Positions 62,001-64,000 of a stretch of 64,000 bases of DNA are shown in pieces (position 1 is the first letter of the stretch; each line of letters opens with the position of its first letter). The notes beneath the pieces are model-generated. The model was not told where the DNA came from, did not search any database, and worked only from the letters and a program-made list of their open reading frames with translations. Location of the stretch: assembly GCA_040954595.2 (NCBI GenBank), contig CM082588.2, positions 2,810,413-2,874,412 on the forward strand. The letters run 5' to 3'. This DNA comes from Balanoglossus misakiensis. Lineage: Eukaryota; Animalia; Hemichordata. Position numbers and translations under genes: made by a program.

Positions 62001-64000
62001 TGATTTTTATCAAAAATCGGCCAAATTTTGATTTTCCGCAAAGTCGAAAAAATGTCATTTTTTGATGATTTCCTGAGCTATAACCCATGATTTTTATCAA
62101 AAATCGGCCAAATTTTGATTTTCCGCAAAGTCGAAAAATTGTCATTTTTTGATGATTTCCTGAGCTATAACCCATGATTTTTATCAAAAATCGGCCAAAT
62201 TTTGATTTTCCGCAAAGTCGAAAAATTGTCATTTTTTGATGATTTCCTGAGCTATAACCATGATTTTTATCAAAAATCGGCCAAATTTTGATTTTCCGCA
62301 AAGTCGAAAAATTGTCATTTTTTGATGATTTCCTGAGCTATAACCCATGATTTTTATCAAAAATCGGCCAAATTTTGATTTTCCGCAAAGTCGAAAAATT
62401 GTCATTTTTTGATGATTTCCTGAGCTATAACCCATGATTTTTATCAAAAATCGGCCAAATTTTGATTTTCCCGCAAAGTCGAAAAATTGTCATTTTTTGA
62501 TGATTTCCTGAGCTATAACCCATGATTTTTTTCAAAAATCGGCCAAATTTTGATTTTCCGCAAAGTCGAAAAATTGTCATTTTTTGATGATTTCCTGAGC
62601 TATAACCCATGATTTTTTTCAAAAATCGGCCAAATTTTTGATTTCCGCAAAGTCGAAAAATTGTCATTTTTTGATGATTTCCTGAGCTATAACCCATGGA
62701 TTTTTTTCAAAAATCGGCCAAATTTTGATTTTCCGCAAAGTCGAAAAATTGTCATTTTTGATGATTTCCTGAGCTATAACCCATGATTTTTTTCAAAAAT
62801 CGGCCAAATTTTGATTTTCCGCAAAGTCGAAAAATTGTCATTTTTTGATGATTTCCTGAGCTATTAACCCATGATTTTTTTCAAAAATCGCCCAAATTTT
62901 GATTTTCCGCAAAGTCGAAAATTGTCATTTTTGATGATTTCCTGAGCTATAACCCATGATTTTTTTCAAAAATCGCCAAATTTTGATTTTCCGCAAAGTC
63001 GAAAAATTGTCATTTTTTGATGATTTCCTGAGCTATAACCCATGATTTTTTTCAAAAATCGGCCAAATTTTGATTTTCCGCAAAGTCGAAAAATTGTCAT
63101 TTTTGATGATTTCCTGAGCTATAACCCATGATTTTTTTCAAAAATCGGCCAAATTTTGATTTTCCGCAAAGTCGAAAAATTGTCATTTTTTGATGATTTC
63201 CTGAGCTATAACCCATGATTTTTTCAAAAAATCGGCCAAATTTTGATTTTCCGCAAAGTCGAAAAATTGTCATTTTTTGATGATTTCCTGAGCTATAACC
63301 CATGATTTTTTCAAAAATCGGCCCAAATTTTGATTTTCCGCAAAGTCGAAAAAATTGTCATTTTTTGATGATTTCCTGAGCTATAACCCATGATTTTTAT
63401 CAAAAAATCGGCCAAATTTTGATTTTCCGCAAAGTCGAAAAATTGTCATTTTTTGATGATTTCCTGAGCTATAACCCATGAGTTTTTCTCAAAAATCGGC
63501 CAAATTTTGATTTTCCGCAAAGTCGAAAAATTGTCATTTTTTGATGATTTCCTGAGCTATAACCCATGATTTTTTTCAAAAATCGCCCAAATTTTGATTT
63601 TCCGCAAAGTCGAAAAATTGTCATTTTTTGATGATTTCCTGAGCTATAACCCATGATTTTTTTCAAAAATCGCCCAAATTTTGATTTTCCGCAAAGTCGA
63701 AAAATTGTCATTTTTTGATGATTTCCTGAGCTATAACCCATGATTTTTTTCAAAATCGGCCAAATTTTGATTTTCCGCAAAGTCGAAAAATTGTCATTTT
63801 TTGATGATTTCCTGAGCTATAACCCTGTTTTTTTCAAAATCGGCCAAATTTTGATTTTCCGCAAAGTCGAAAAATTGTCATTTTTTGATGATTTCCTGAG
63901 CTATAACCCATGATTTTTTCAAAAATCGGCCAATTTTGATTTTCCGCAAAGTCGAAAAATTGTCATTTTTTGATGATTTCCTGACTATAACCCAGATTTT
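47070..64000. repeat. 87-bp satellite DNA array, about 195 units, running off the window end
   Basis: Consensus AAAAATCGGCCAAATTTTGATTTTCCGCAAAGTCGAAAAATTGTCATTTTTTGATGATTTCCTGAGCTATAACCCATGATTTTTTTC, head-to-tail and highly homogeneous. The first 1-2 units are diverged. Confidence 0.99.

Noticed and set aside
47003-63780. Satellite ORFs as established protein-coding genes
   Set aside because: They are translations of a tandem repeat, with no promoter, splice or homology support. An open frame is plausible by chance. Kept only as a hypothesis in findings.
47070-64000. CRISPR array
   Set aside because: Units are head-to-tail with no unique spacers, the context is eukaryotic, and there are no cas genes.
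53000-64000. Increasing single-base indels as biological decay of the array
   Set aside because: Almost all are homopolymer length changes that increase towards the window end, typical of low-coverage long-read consensus error.

Overview
Compact animal genomic DNA, probably a marine invertebrate bilaterian (inferred from short GT-AG introns and AT-rich intergenic DNA). Gene order: 3' part of ORC3 (+, last intron U12-type), NUDC (-), an SLC16/MCT transporter (-), a secreted mosaic protein with 2 C-type lectin, 5 EGF-like and 1 PAN/apple domains (+), a candidate spliced non-coding unit (+), CTU1 (-), single-exon bHLH Olig (+), a small secreted 8-Cys knottin-like precursor (+), and an 87-bp satellite array from about 47.1 kb to the window end. 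Main points: (1) CTU1 has a 20.4-kb first intron while its other introns are under about 250 bp, and it lies head-to-head with Olig, which suggests a genomic regulatory block; (2) an acidic ICK/agatoxin-like peptide gene whose mature-peptide exon is absent from the ORF track; (3) a satellite whose unit is stop-free in one frame. Exon boundaries were read by eye and may be off by a few bases. No database searches were run.
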